This document shows, in pieces, positions 39,031-53,453 of a DNA stretch of 64,000 bases. The translations under genes were made by a program, and so were the position numbers. Numbering within the stretch: the first letter of the stretch is position 1; the number at the start of each line of letters is the position of its first letter. The DNA is from Octopus sinensis (taxonomy: Eukaryota), in assembly GCF_006345805.1 (NCBI RefSeq), contig NW_021831404.1:62001-126000 (forward strand), given 5' to 3'. The notes beneath the pieces were generated by a model, which made no database searches, was not told the DNA's origin, and worked only from the letters and a program-made list of their open reading frames with translations.

Positions 39031-42000
39031 ATGTATGAATGTATATATATCTGTGTGTGTCTTTGTTCCACTATCACCACTTGACAACCGGTGTTGGTGT
39101 GTTTACGTTCCCGTAACTTAATGGTTCAGCAAAAGAGACTGATAGAATAAATACTAGGCTTTAAAAAAAAAAATAAGTCCTGAGGTCAATTTGTTCAATT
39201 AAAAACTCTTCAAAGCAGAGCTCTAGCATGGCCACAGTCAAATGACTGAAACAAGTAAAAGAATAAAAAGAACTGGTTTCAAATTTTGGCACAAGGCCAG
39301 CAATTTCAGGGGAAGAGGTTAAATCAATTGCATCAACCCCAGTACACAACTGGTACATATTTTATCAACACTAAAATGATGAAAAGCAAGGTCGACCTTG
39401 GTGAAATTTGAACCCAGAATGTAAAGACAGACAAAAAGCTGCTAAGCATTTTGCCTGGCATGCTAACGATTCTGCCAGCTTGTTGCCTTAAATACACTAA
39501 ATATATTAAGGCTACATATGGTATCACAAGAGCAGTTTACAGAGAGTGGACAATTTGTAGAACACTGACTATTTGTAGTGTTATTCACACAAAGCTTAGA
39601 TCAGTCTGGAGCTGTAGGAGAAGACACTAGCTCAAGGTGCCACAGATAGGAACTGAACCCAACACTACATTGTTGAGAAACAACCTTCTTAACCACACAG
39701 CATGCCTGGACTTACAAATAGGGTAATTAGACAACATAGTCCTAGATACCACTAATAAGACAGGGTGGGCATGCCGGAATGCTTGGTCAGGTCTCACCTT
39801 GATTAAACCACAACAGCTCTACAAATACTTAAGACTTACTTGCTAATTTAGAAAATATTGGAAATAATAACAATTGGACAGAATGAAACTCACCACATCA
39901 TCTTTTTTGGCCAGAAGGAACTGAAAGGCCTCTTCTACCTTTTGAGCAATTGATAAGGAAACTGGTAAAAAGAAAGAAAAAAAAGAAATATAGATTTAAT
40001 TATTCAATTATATAGCATTCATAAAACAAATTAGGTATGTTAATGTATTTGTATAGCAATGATGAGATTATTAAAGAAAATAAAGGCAAACAAAAGAGCT
40101 TCTCAACATGGTCACCCAATCTGCTAGAAATAGCAGCCAAGCCTCCCTCGAGCCACACTTGAAAGTCTTAAAAAAAAAATGAAGGATAATGTAGCCTTAG
40201 ATACATAATCCGTGCCGGTGGCATGTAAAAAACACCATTTGAGCGTGATCGTTACCAGCGTCGCCTTACTGGCACGTGAAAAAACAAGTGAGGTCGTTGC
40301 CAGTGCAGGTGGCATGTAAAAAAATACCATCTGAGTGTGGCCATTGCCAGTACCGCCTGACTGGCCCTCGTGCCGGTGGCACGTAAAAGCACCCACTACT
40401 CTCTCGGAGTGGTTGGCATTAGGAAGAGCATCCAGCTGTAGAAACTCTGCCAGATCAAGATTGGAGCCTGGTGCAGCCATCTGGTTCACCAGTCCTCAGT
40501 CAAATTGTCCAACCCATGCTAGCATGGAAAGCAGACATTAACTGATGATGATGATGATACTTGAATAAAAAGATAGGAGGTCATGACCAGAACATCCTTA
40601 ATCAATGGTTTCCTACATTTGGGCTGGCCTAAGGAGTTATTGAAATGGTTCGTGCTGGACTATTCATACATCACCATATGTAACCCTTTAGCATTCAGAT
40701 TGCTCTGTCAAATAAAATACTTATTTATTCAAATAGTTTTGAAATAATCATGCATTATCTTGTGGCTTCAAGATTTCCAAGATGCAAATTCATATTTTTA
40801 GAATGACATTGTAACATAGGCACAGGATTGGCTGTGTGGTAAGTAGCTTGCTTCCTAACCACATGGTTCCAGGTTCAGTCCCACTGCGTGGCACCTTGGG
40901 CAAGTGTCTTCTACTATAGCCTCAGGCTGACCAAAGCCTTGTGAGTGGATTTGGTAGACGGAAACTGAAAGAAGCCCGTCATACATATGCGTGTGTGTGT
41001 GTGTGTGTTTGTATATATATATGTATGTATGTGTGTGTATATGTTTGTGTGTCTGTGTTTGTCCCCTCAACATCACTTGACAACCAATGGTGGTGTGTTT
41101 ACATCTCCGTAACTTAGCGGTTCGGCAAAAGAGACCGATAGAATAAGTACTAGGCTTCCAAAGAATAAGTCCTGGGTCGATTTGCTCGACTAAAGGTGGT
41201 GCTCCAGCATGGCTGCAGTCAAATGACTAAAAAACAAGTAAAAGAGTATAGGTGTGAGAGGCCAGACCTCACTGCATTTTGAACATAACACATGTGGGGA
41301 ATTTGGGTCAGATATGTTTGGCTTGAATGTTAAAGGGTTAAAAAAAAAGGTGAACATGTACAAACACACAAACAAACACACACACATGTAAACCCGTGCC
41401 GGTGACAAGTAAAATGCACCCACTACACTCATGGAGTGGTTGGCGCTAGGAAGGGCATCCAGCTGTAGAAACATTGCCAGATCAGACTGGAGCCTGGTGC
41501 AGTGTGTATCCAGCCATCATCATCACTATAAACCTCCCCATATCCCCACCATCTGGGGTGTAGCTAGGGTTGGGAAAGCAGAGCACATGCACAGAGGGGC
41601 GCAATTTCGGCCAAGATCATTTTCTTTTTGGTGGTGGGGGTGTAATTTTCGGCGAATCGTCCAACCCATGCTAGCATGGAAAAACGGACGTTAAACGATG
41701 ATGATGATGATACACATATGATGGTGAATTTATATGATGTCTGTGTTAGTAAATCAGACGGCACCATTTACAACAATCACAATATCAGCCAAAAGAACAA
41801 CAAAGAACACAATAAATATGAATCATCTTACATCTGAGGAAGATATGCTTTGCAATGGCCTTGCTGTTCTCGTCATTGGAATTCAAGTGTTGCCAACACC
41901 AGTAGGTGACAGTGGCCTGCAGCGAACTGAAGAGATTGTGGAGGGGCAGTAACTGGTCGTTGGTGGAATTTCGGTTGACCACATCACAAAGGTCACGGTA

Positions 42001-42408
42001 TATCACAGATATCAGATTCTCCAGTAAGGCTAACGTCTTCTGGCTGTCAAAATTCTGAAAGGTCAAGCAAGAAATACAGGAAATGTCAGTATTGATGGCA
42101 CTGATGGTGGCGGTGGTGGTGATAGTAGTAGTAGTAGTAGTAGAAGTAGTATGGACGCATGCACTGTAATAGTGCGTCACTGCATCCACCTTTTGTTGTT
42201 GATTCCCCGCGACTCCTGGTGGATGACCCCTTTGCCCCACTCAAGTGGCAACCCTCCAACTATATGGTTTGCTTCCCAACCATATGGATCCGGGTTCAGT
42301 ACCCACTGCATACTACCTTAGGCAAGTGTCTTTTACTATATAGCCTCAGACCAACCAAAGCCTTGTGAGTGGATTTGGTGGATAGAAACTGAAAGAAGCC
42401 TATTGTAC

Positions 42409-42446
<38 letters not shown>

Positions 42447-45400
42447 ATCCTCCCACCACTGCTTGATAATGGGTGTTGGCATGTTTACATCCCCATAACT
42501 TGGCAGTTCAGCAAAAAGAGACCAACAGAAAAAGTACCAGGCTTAAAGAAAAAAATAAATAAGTACTGGAATCGATTTATTCGACTAAAAATCCTTCAAG
42601 GCGGTGCCCCAGTATGGCCGCAGTCTAATGACTGAAACAAGTAAAAGATAAAAACCAACAAACATAAATAAAACAATGTAGAAAGAGAGAACAAACAATA
42701 ACATGAAAAGGAAGTTGTACCTACCTCAGCTTTGTCTAGGTTGCCACTAGGTAAATATAACAAACTCATTGGGTCAGCTGTAGTGTAGAACTGACAGAGG
42801 GATTGAAAGACAAGTTGGACAGACGGCTTCTCTATTAATTTCTGCCAATAGAAAATGGAAACAATTGTAGATGCATGTAGCCATCACTATCACTATTAAT
42901 ATTATCATCATGACTGTCAAATCATCACTTTCATCATTGACAGAAATGACCTTACGCTTGCGTGTGTATCCAGCCATCATCACTATAAACCTCCCCATAT
43001 CCCCACCATTAGGGGTGTAGCTAGGGTGGGGTAAGCAGAGCACATGCACAGAGGGGCGCAATTTCGGCCAAGATCATTTTCTAATTAAGCCATTTCTATG
43101 CACGTTTCTACTTTTTGGTTGGTGGGGGTGCAATTTTGATGCTTGCCCTGGGCAATTAACCTTAGCAACACCCCTGCCCACCATCATCATTATTATTATC
43201 ATGAACATCATCCTCATCATCAGTATAATAGAACTGACCTTATGGGGACCAGGCTTTCAATATTTACATAATAATTATCTTAAGAATGCTATATAATGAC
43301 TTTCTTAAAATAATCATTCTTCAACATACACTGAAAGACAATCTATCATCATAACCTTGAAGTCATCACTTTCACCAATGACAGAAATTACTTTACATTT
43401 GAATGTATCTAACCATCATCACTATAAACCTCTCCATATCTGTACCATCATTATTGTCTTCTTCAACAGCCATCATCAGTATAATATAAATGACCTTAAG
43501 AGGACCAGGCTCTCAATACTTACACAATATGCATTTCAGGAATATTACATGCCTGGCTCAGTGGTTAGAGCGTCGGGCTCACAATCATCAGGTAGTGAAT
43601 TCAATTCCTGGACCGGACAGTGTGTTGTGTTCTTGAGCAAGTTACTTTATTTCACACTGCTCCAGGTCACTCAGCTGTAGAAATGAGTTGTGATGTCACT
43701 GGTGCCAAGCTGCATCAGCCACTTTGCTTTTCCCTTGGACAACATCAGTGGCATGGAAAGGAGAGGCCAGTATGCATGGACGACTGCTGGTCTTCCAGAA
43801 ACAATCTTGCCCGGACTTGTGCTTCTGAATGTAAATTTGCAGGTACAATCCCAGGTCATTCATGACACCCTTTGTTCATGAATGACCATGGGATTGCACC
43901 TTGAAATCACTCCTAAACATATATTCCAAAATAATTCATATTAAATATTGTGTGACATATGAATGATTTGATTGAGAGAATTTGTGTGGTTCCAAACACA
44001 TCAAGGTTGAAAATACCCAAACATGGTTGAAATCAAGATCTTTTAGATTATGTTAGATGTACATGATGCCTCTAAGCATTATAACAAACATTGTTTTAGA
44101 ACAGCTATACAAACACATCCCTATGCACACACATACACTATCATATATATATATATACATATTTTAATCAAACACTGGGATCTGTTGCAAGTAACAGATT
44201 TCTGTGTGTGTGTCTGTGCAGACAGATAGATATATAGATAGAAACAGAAAGAATACATTATCAAGTTTTGTAAAAAAATTCTAACACCTACCTCAACATC
44301 ATCCATCAAATTAAGGAGTTTACTGCCACGGGATTCTTTGTCTGGGAAAAACACTGCAGCACCTTAAAAAGGGAATATGGAGAGTGAGTGAGAGTGTGAG
44401 GGCAAGAGGAAGAGAGGGAGGGTGAGTGAGTGAGGAAGGGAGGGTGGGTGAGTGAGTGAGTGAGAGTGTGAGGGAGGGAGGAAGAGAGGGAGGGTGAGTG
44501 AGTGAGAGTGTGAGGGGAGGGGAGTGTGAGGGAGTGAGTGAGTGAGAGTGTAAGGGAGGGAGGGAGGAAGAGAGTGAAGGTGAGTGAGTGGGAGGGTGAG
44601 GGAGTGAAAATTTGAGTGAAAGTGTAAGGGATTGTCAACAAGTGAATAAGGAAGATTGTGTGTGCATGTGTAAAGGAGATTGAATGAGTGTGAGTAAAGG
44701 AGTGAGTGAGAGTGTAACAGTAAAGGAGAGTGAGTGAGAGAGCAAAAAGGAGTGAGTGGAAACAAAAGAGAAAAGAAGAAGAAATAACAGTTCACTTGCA
44801 AACTTCATTATTATTTATTAATAATAACTTCTAATCAAGTCACAAATCTTTAACCCTTTAGGACTTAAACCAGCCATATCAGGTGCAAATATTCTACCTG
44901 TTTAATGTTCAAACTGGCCAGATCCAGTTTCTCAAACCTACCCTACAATGTCTTTCTAAAAATAAACAGCCATATCATTGAAATATCAAAGCCATGAGCT
45001 AATACAAAATAACGTGAATAAATAAGAGTTGCATCTGAATGCTGAAAGGTTAAGGAAGCACATAAAAAACAGCCTCAACCTCCGTACATTACTGGTGCTT
45101 GTTAACCTTGGCAGGTTTAGAACTCAGAATGTCGAGGAGACAAAATTAAACACTGCCAGTCATTTATTGTAACAATCAACTATCTCTGCCAATCAAACAC
45201 TGATTTATAATATACATCATTCTTTTATTTTTTCAATCAATCAGTTCTGCCCATGTTGGAGCACTAACCTCAAGGGTATATACACGAGTATATAAAAATA
45301 TATAGCAGGGAGAGGTGTGGTTTATTATACTTTTTACTCTTTTACTTGTTTCAGTCATTTGACTGTGGCCATGCTGGAGCACCGCCTTTAGTCGAGCATA

Positions 45401-45950
45401 TCAACCCCAGGACTTATTCTTTGGAAGTCTAGTATTTGAAGTCATAATGTACAGACAGACAAAATACCGCTAAGCATTTTATCTGGCATGCTAATTAGTC
45501 TGCCATTTCACCATCATCATTGTATCATTAATAATAATAATGATTTCAAACTTTGGCACAAGGCCAGCAATTTTGGGTGTTGAAATAAAGTCAATTACAT
45601 CAACCCCAGTACTCAACTGGTACTTTATTTTATTGACTTTGAAAGGATGAAAGACAACATCAACCTCAGCAGAATTTGAACTCAGAATGCAAAGATGGAC
45701 AAAATGTCACAATGCATTTTGCTCAGCATGCTAACAATTCTGCCAGCTTGGAGGAGGGGGTGACTAGTCAATTACATCGACCCCCAGTGTGTAACTGGTA
45801 CTTATTTCAGTGACCTCAAAAAGATGAAAGGCAATTGACCTCAGTGGAATTTGAACTTAGAACACAAGGACAGATGAAATGCTGCTAAGCATTCTGCCCC
45901 GCGTGCTAAAGAATCTGCCAGCTCGCCACCTTATTGATAATAATAACAAC

Positions 45951-45985
<35 letters not shown>

Positions 45986-46652
45986 TAATAATCACCATCA
46001 TAAATCAGTTGTCGGATCATTTTGTACATAGGATTCGTGTCGTCACATTGATTGTCCAAAGTCTGACATAAATAGTGGAACATGTCTACAATGGCAGCCT
46101 GAAAATGAAAAAATAAACAACAAAATAATCATTTGTATAGAGCTGCTGCTGTTGGTGGTGACAGTGGTTCAATTCTCACTTGCACACACACACACACACA
46201 CACACACTCTCTTGCAGACAGTGAATATTGGTAACAAAAAAGTATACAAGCCTCTTATAGCCTTCACTGCCTCCGAAGTCAAAGTGGAGATTGTAATGTA
46301 AAGAACCTGTCCTTGCCTCCTGTCACTATTCATTGTGACAGTGGAGATCAGTGGCAGAAGGAGTGGATAGGAAACACAACCCCCACCCTCCTCCCCCTAT
46401 TTTTCCATGACCAGACATTTTTTTCCTCAAAAGAACGGAAATGAATGCCATCACTTGTATGATGTTCATTAACAACTCTTATGTGATGTTACTGTCAATG
46501 AGACACACACATATATGTATATATAAATAGGTGTACACATGGCTGTGTGGTAAGAAGCTTGCTTCCCAACCACGAGGTTATGGGTTCAGTCTCACTGCGT
46601 GACACCTTTAGTAAGTACTATAGCCTAGGACAGAAACTGAAAGAAGCCCGTC

Positions 46653-46686
<34 letters not shown>

Positions 46687-49600
46687 CTTTGTGTCTGTGT
46701 TTGTACCCCACCACCATTGCTTGACAACTGATGTAAGTGTGTTTATATTCTCAAAACTTAGCAGTTCAACAAAAAAGACTGATAGAATAAGTACTAGGAT
46801 ACAAAAAATAACTCCTGGAGTCGATTTCTTTGACTAAAACACCCTTTAAGGTGGAGCACCAGCATGGCTGCACTCACCTTTTTTTTTATTAAAAGAATAA
46901 AAGAATACATAGATAATGCACTTCTTTCAGTTTCTTATTTCTTTATTGCCCACATGGGGCTAAACATAGAGGGGACAAACAAGGACAGACAAAGGGATTA
47001 TGTCGATTATATCGACCCCAGTGCGTAACTGGTACTTAATTTATCGACCCCGAAAGGATGAAAGGCAAAGTCGACCTTGGCGGAATTTGAACTCAGAACG
47101 TAAAGACAGACGAAATACCGCTAAGCATTTCACCCGGCGTGCTAACGTTTCTGCCAGCTCGCAACCTTCTTTCGCTTCTTTCAGTTTCCGCCAACCAAAT
47201 CCACTCACAAGACTTTAGTCAGACCAAGGGGTGTAGAAGAAAACACTTGCCTAAGATGCCCCACAATGTGACTGAACCTAGAACCATGCAGTTGGGAAGC
47301 AGGCTTCTTATCCACAAAGCCATGTCAGTTTCAGCTAGAACACCTCTGAATCATAAGTCTGCTTAGGTCAGCTTGATCCAGGGTTAAACTTCAACAGCAA
47401 CAGCAATAATCAAACTGAATTCTGTCAGCATTCTTCCAACACACTTAATCATTGTATTACTGGGCTTCTTTTGAAAAAAAACTGCCTTTGTTTTAATTAA
47501 TTATTATAATGATGAAGAATTTGGTAAAATAACTTCGTCACTACTAAGTTCGTATTTGAAGCAAAAATTAACCTGAAATATGTTGGGAGGTTTTAATTTA
47601 GTTCACTTTAGAATAGGAAATTTGTATCAGAGCCAGAGGCAGTCTCAGGCGGGTTGGTATCAAAAGGGTCAAAACAGTTCTACAAAGAAATAAGATGAGC
47701 AGAGTCAAAGAAGTGTCAGTTGGGAATGAACTAACCTTTTGATCTTCATTCAGTGATGTCATGACGGGTAAGAGACAATGAAGGAGTCGGATCAAAGCAC
47801 CAGCTTTTTCAAAGTTTTCCCTACAAAAACAAAAAATTATTTCATTTCTAATGGTGGAATCTAAGTAGATGAATCTATAAATAATAGCATGAGAGCTATT
47901 TGGTTAAAAAACCCTTTTAATAGAAAAAGTTAAAGGCTTCTCCTGAGAGTTGAACCTACATCTGTACATAGGACATAAAACATTATTATCATGGTGGATG
48001 GATAGACAAACAGACAGATGGATGGATGAAGAGAGATAAAGACTTATAAGTTAGTCAGAGAATACAAAGCGGTGTTCATGACCTTTGCTGGACTACACAC
48101 CTAATGAGAGAAAAGTTTATGCGGTTCAAAAAAGGTCTGAACTTCTGCAGACCAATATCTGCAGTGGAAACATACATGAGGAGAAATAAGAAACAAAATT
48201 CAGAAAAATCAACAGAGCTCAGAAGACAACGAAGAAACTATTAAAATTATAAATAGGTCACTTACTCTTTTATATAAATGCGGAAAAGATTCCAAATGTC
48301 CTGGACTGGTATGTCATCGACATCTAACACATCAAGACGGTTCACCTTTTTGGTGCTGAACTGCAAAAGATAATAAGGTATATATAGAGAAATATACAAG
48401 TACATATGTACATTACATTGAATATCATCAATAAGAAGTGAAACCGGTTTGTAAATATGTACTTTGAAATATTTAATTATATATTTTTGTAATTATGGAT
48501 AATAAAGTATATATAGAGAAATATACAAGTACATATGTACATTGCATTGAATATCATCAATAAGAAGTGAAACCGGTTTGTAAATATGTACTTTGAAATA
48601 TTTAATTATATATTTTTGTAATTATGGACATTGGAATGTTTAATAATGTATTTCTAAATGATCTCAATGTAAAAATGTAATTTGGAATTCATAATCTTGA
48701 AACAAGTTAAATATAGTAATGTATTTCAGATATATTTCAGGATATGAACTAATGTATTTTGAAATAATTTAGTTGGAATAACTCATTATTCAATGTATAC
48801 TATTCTGTTTTGAAAAGATTTGACTGTAATAATATTAATTAACTGCAATGTAAAAGGAGAAACACATTTTCTTTTTATTATTATTATTTTTTTCATATTT
48901 TCTGACTCGTGTGGAATATTTTAAACATATATATATAACATACACACTTAGTAACAAGATGCATATGTGTTACACCAGGCACATTATAATTAGTCTTAGC
49001 AAAGTATTTTTCACCAAAGTGCTAAACTAATGTTTGTATAAATGATGAATTATGTAGGACTATGATATTAAGTACTTATAATGAAAGGATAAACAGATAA
49101 AAACCAGCTTCAGATACACAATATAAAGAATATATACATGATCTTTCTTTGTAGCAATGCAAGTCTTCCATACAGAAAAATCTGTTTTGGGAATTGTATC
49201 TCTCATCAGATAGTATTAAAAAAAAAAAACAGATAGAAACCTCAAGTGATGAGTAGCACAAGGCTATCTATCAGACACATGACATGGCATATAAAACTGC
49301 CCAGAATGGACAAATGTACTGAAAATCAAAGGTTTTTCATATCTAACCAGATGAAAACTATCCTATAAAGAAAACCTACCCCAGGAACTCATCACAGGAT
49401 TAACTTCCTAGTGTCACATACAGTAACATACAGTACGTCACATAGAGGAACATGCAATGTCAGTAACAAGTCACATATAAATCATTACTTTAAGGATTGT
49501 TGTTGTTTGTTCCTTCTCGAGCCACACCAGGCTCATAAGGGTCGGTTTCCCAGTTTCTTTGGCGTAAACTTGAAGGATGAGTTTCATGGAGGATACAGTG

Positions 49601-52472
49601 ATAAATAATAGCAAGTAATATACTCATCAATTTCATCACAATTTAACATCCATTTTTCATACCAGCAGTTCCAAATCACTATTTTTGTCTATGAACCTGT
49701 TGGATTCCTATTTTACTTGGTTGGAGACCCTCATAGCCATTCACTATTTAAAAGAATCCTATTACATTTTTATGATTAAATGTTATTATTAAAAAATAAT
49801 TAAAGTATTTTATGCATTGTAGAGGTGTAATCAATTCATTGTATGTAAATTTTAACAATAAAATCTTATTTGGACCCCCAAGGGCCACATGAACCCTGAG
49901 CGAGAATCACTGGCCTGGATGGCTCAACAGGAAATGGTGAGCCAGAGGACTGCGCCAAGCTCTATTTTCTACTTTGGCAAGGTTTCTACAGATGGATGCC
50001 CTTTCTAATGTCAACCACTTTTCCAGAGTGTTCTGTGGGTGCTTTTCACATGGCACCAACACCAATGAGGTCACCAAGTAACTTGCAAAGGGAGGTAGCT
50101 TTATGGCAGCTTGATGGGAGGTTATAATATGATAAAGGGACAGAAAAAGGTCCCTTGGATGAAGAAAAGGTCAGAGGTTACCACAATATAATACATGCTA
50201 CTAATTAATAGTTGTATCCACTTTGAGACTCGCACTTAAAATTATTTACTTCACATCTCAGACGTGAAACAGAAAATGAAAAAGAAAGTAGGGAAGGTGA
50301 AAAAGAAAAACGGAGATAATACCTGCACTTGTGCCAAATCTATCAAGAAGTTCAGAATGAGAGTCTGCATCTCATCGACATTTACCAATTCTTTCATTGG
50401 ATTAAACAGTGGTTGTGGCTGAGGGATGAGAACAAAAGAGAGTTTAGTGTTATGGTGGAAAATTGCTTCACTGATTTACTAAATGAAGATGGTTAAATAT
50501 ACAAAACTGAACAACGATACCCACAAATATCATCATCATTGTCATCACTATTGCTTAAGTATACACTTCCTCATGCTTGCATTGGCCAGACAGAATTGGT
50601 TGAGGCAGATTTTCTACAGCAAGATGCTCATCCTGTCACCAACCCTCACCTGTTTTCAAGTAAGGTAATATTTTCTCATGGCCAGACATGATTTCACAGG
50701 AGCTCAGAATAGCATGACACTGGCAGAAACGTTAGCATGCCAGGCGAAATGCTTAGCGGTATTTCGTCTGCCATTTTCCAACCTCACCTGGCCTCCTTGC
50801 CGGTGGCTAGTAAAACGCACCATCCGATCATGGCGGTTGCCAGTCTCGCCTGGCCCCCGTGCCGGTGGCACTTAAAAAGCACCATCTGACCATGGTCGTT
50901 TGCCAGCCCCGTCTGGCAACTGTGTTGGTGGCACGTAAAAAGCACTCACTACACTCACGGAGTGGTTGGCGTTAGGAAGGGCATCCAGCCGTAGAAACAT
51001 TGCCAGATCAGACTGGACCTGGCGCAGCCTTCTGGCTTCCCAGACCCCAGTTGAACCGTCCAACCTATGCTAGCATGGAAAGCGGACACTAAATGATGAT
51101 GATGATGATGATGTTATGTTCTGAGTTCAAATTCCGCCGAGGTCGACTTTGCTTTTCATCCTTTTGGGATCGATAAATTAAGTATGAGTTACGCACTGGG
51201 GTCGATGTAATCGACTTAATCCCGTTGTCTGTCCTTGTTTGTCCTCTCTATGTGTAGCCCCTTGTGGGCAATAAAGAAGTAAGAATAGCATGACACTGTT
51301 TGTTTGTTGGTAACACTCATTTACAGCTATCATGCAATGTGAAGACAAGGAAACACACACACACACAATTGGTTTCATTCAGCTACACAGTACAGCACCA
51401 TGATTGAGTGTCTTCTTCTATAGCACCAGGCTTACCAAAGCCCTTATAAATGGATTTGGTAGATGGAAACTAAAAGAAGAGAGACAGCAGGGGGGATATT
51501 CCCAACTACGGTCACACTTGTACAAGAGAGCAGCAGGTGGTGGTGACATCAGTTTTCCCCCTGTTAAGAAAACATCGTAGCACTTTACTTGAAAAACAAG
51601 TAAGAGTTAGACTTAGGGAGGCCATCCGATTGTAAAACAATAGCCATGATATTCTGGATAACATATCTATTAAACCAATGCAAGCATGGAAAAAGCAGGC
51701 ATCAAACAAACAAACTATATATGCAGGTATATGTATATGTTTTTACTAACATACATATTTGCATATGCATACACACACACATAATGGTTATTTGCACCAT
51801 TTTCACAAATGATTGCTGTCACCTTGTGCTTCCTCATTGTCAATGACATTTCTTACTTTCCGTCCATGACCTTTCAGATGATTATTTAATTCCAATAGAA
51901 GATTTGCATGGTTTGAAGCATAGGTGACAGATGAAAGCTGCAACCTAATGTGTGCTTCCAACTCGTTAGATCTGCACGTGTCACCATTTTTTTTTACTGC
52001 CAAAGGGCTTTCAATAGATGGAATGACAAATGAGGTCACCATAAAGAGACATCTGAACACAACTGGGTTATAAAGATAAATACTAGTACAACATGAGTAC
52101 CACTCTCTGAGCCTCTGTGATTACCTAGTGGCAGGCCAAAGCGAGATGACCAGTACCATGTGAAACCACAGGTTTTACATCAGTGTCCCTCTCCTAGAAG
52201 GATATTGTGACAACAGCTAGGGGGCCCTCACTCCTAGTAATTTTACTGCTTGCCCTAATGCCAATCTAGAGTATTTCGGCATCCCTGTGCTCAAATGGAT
52301 TGTCATTATATATGCTAGTTAAGACATAGCTGGGGCCCTGAGAAGTCCAGCTACTGGGGTCAGAGTACGTCTGGGAACAATAGAGGCACAGAGAAGGTTT
52401 TACACTCTTCAAAACGCTGAAACTACCAAACCAGATCCCTACAACTTGATAGCTTGAAGTCATACAGAGGTT

Positions 52473-52530
<58 letters not shown>

Positions 52531-52938
52531 AAATGGGACTTGCATTTCGTTTATGTTGTTTACAGTTACAAAAAAACATACAATACAACAACAATAAGAA
52601 ACATCATAGACTTACGGGTAGCATTCTTGAGAAGGTAATCTTTTTGTGGAAACCAGAGAACTGTATGGACTTCACACCCAGTTTCCCACTGGTGTCACTT
52701 CGAGGCTCCAAAAACTTCACTAACACATACTGGTAAAATACATACAGTACACATTCATTATACATACTAATAAAACACCATAACATTCATATATAATATA
52801 GATTACACACACACACACACACAAGTAACTAAATAATATGCAATAGATAAATAGATCACAAACTTAATAAAATAAAATATATCTATATAATTATATGTCA
52901 AATATACATACATATATACAAAAACTTAGCTACGGGTT

Positions 52939-52999
<61 letters not shown>

Positions 53000-53409
53000 T
53001 AAATTAGAGATAAAATCCCTAATATTATTATTATTATTTATATATATATATATATATTATATATATATAAAAAAAGGGTAAAGACCCCCTTCGGTCATGA
53101 ATGACCATGGGATTGCACCTAGAGAGTTACCCTCCTAGACACAAGTCCGGGCAAGGTTGTTTATGGAAGACCAGCAGTCGCCCATGCATACCAGCCTCCC
53201 CTCTCCATGCCACAAGTGTTATCCAAGAGAAAGACAAAGGTCGATACAGCTTGGCACCAGTGACGTCGCAACACATTTCTACAGCTGAGTGAACTGGAGC
53301 AACGTGAAATAAAGTGCTTTGCTCAAGAACACAACACGCAGCCCGGTCCAGGATTCGAGCTCACAACCTCACGATCGTAAGCTCGATGCTCTAACCACTG
53401 AGCCATGCG

Positions 53410-53453
<44 letters not shown>

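Noticed and set aside
51857-52052. Open frame with plausible splice sites (ORF 51803..52060) as a ZZEF1 exon
   Set aside because: It needs a phase-2 entry but exon 7 ends in phase 0 and joins exon 8 directly; no recognisable ZZEF1 similarity.
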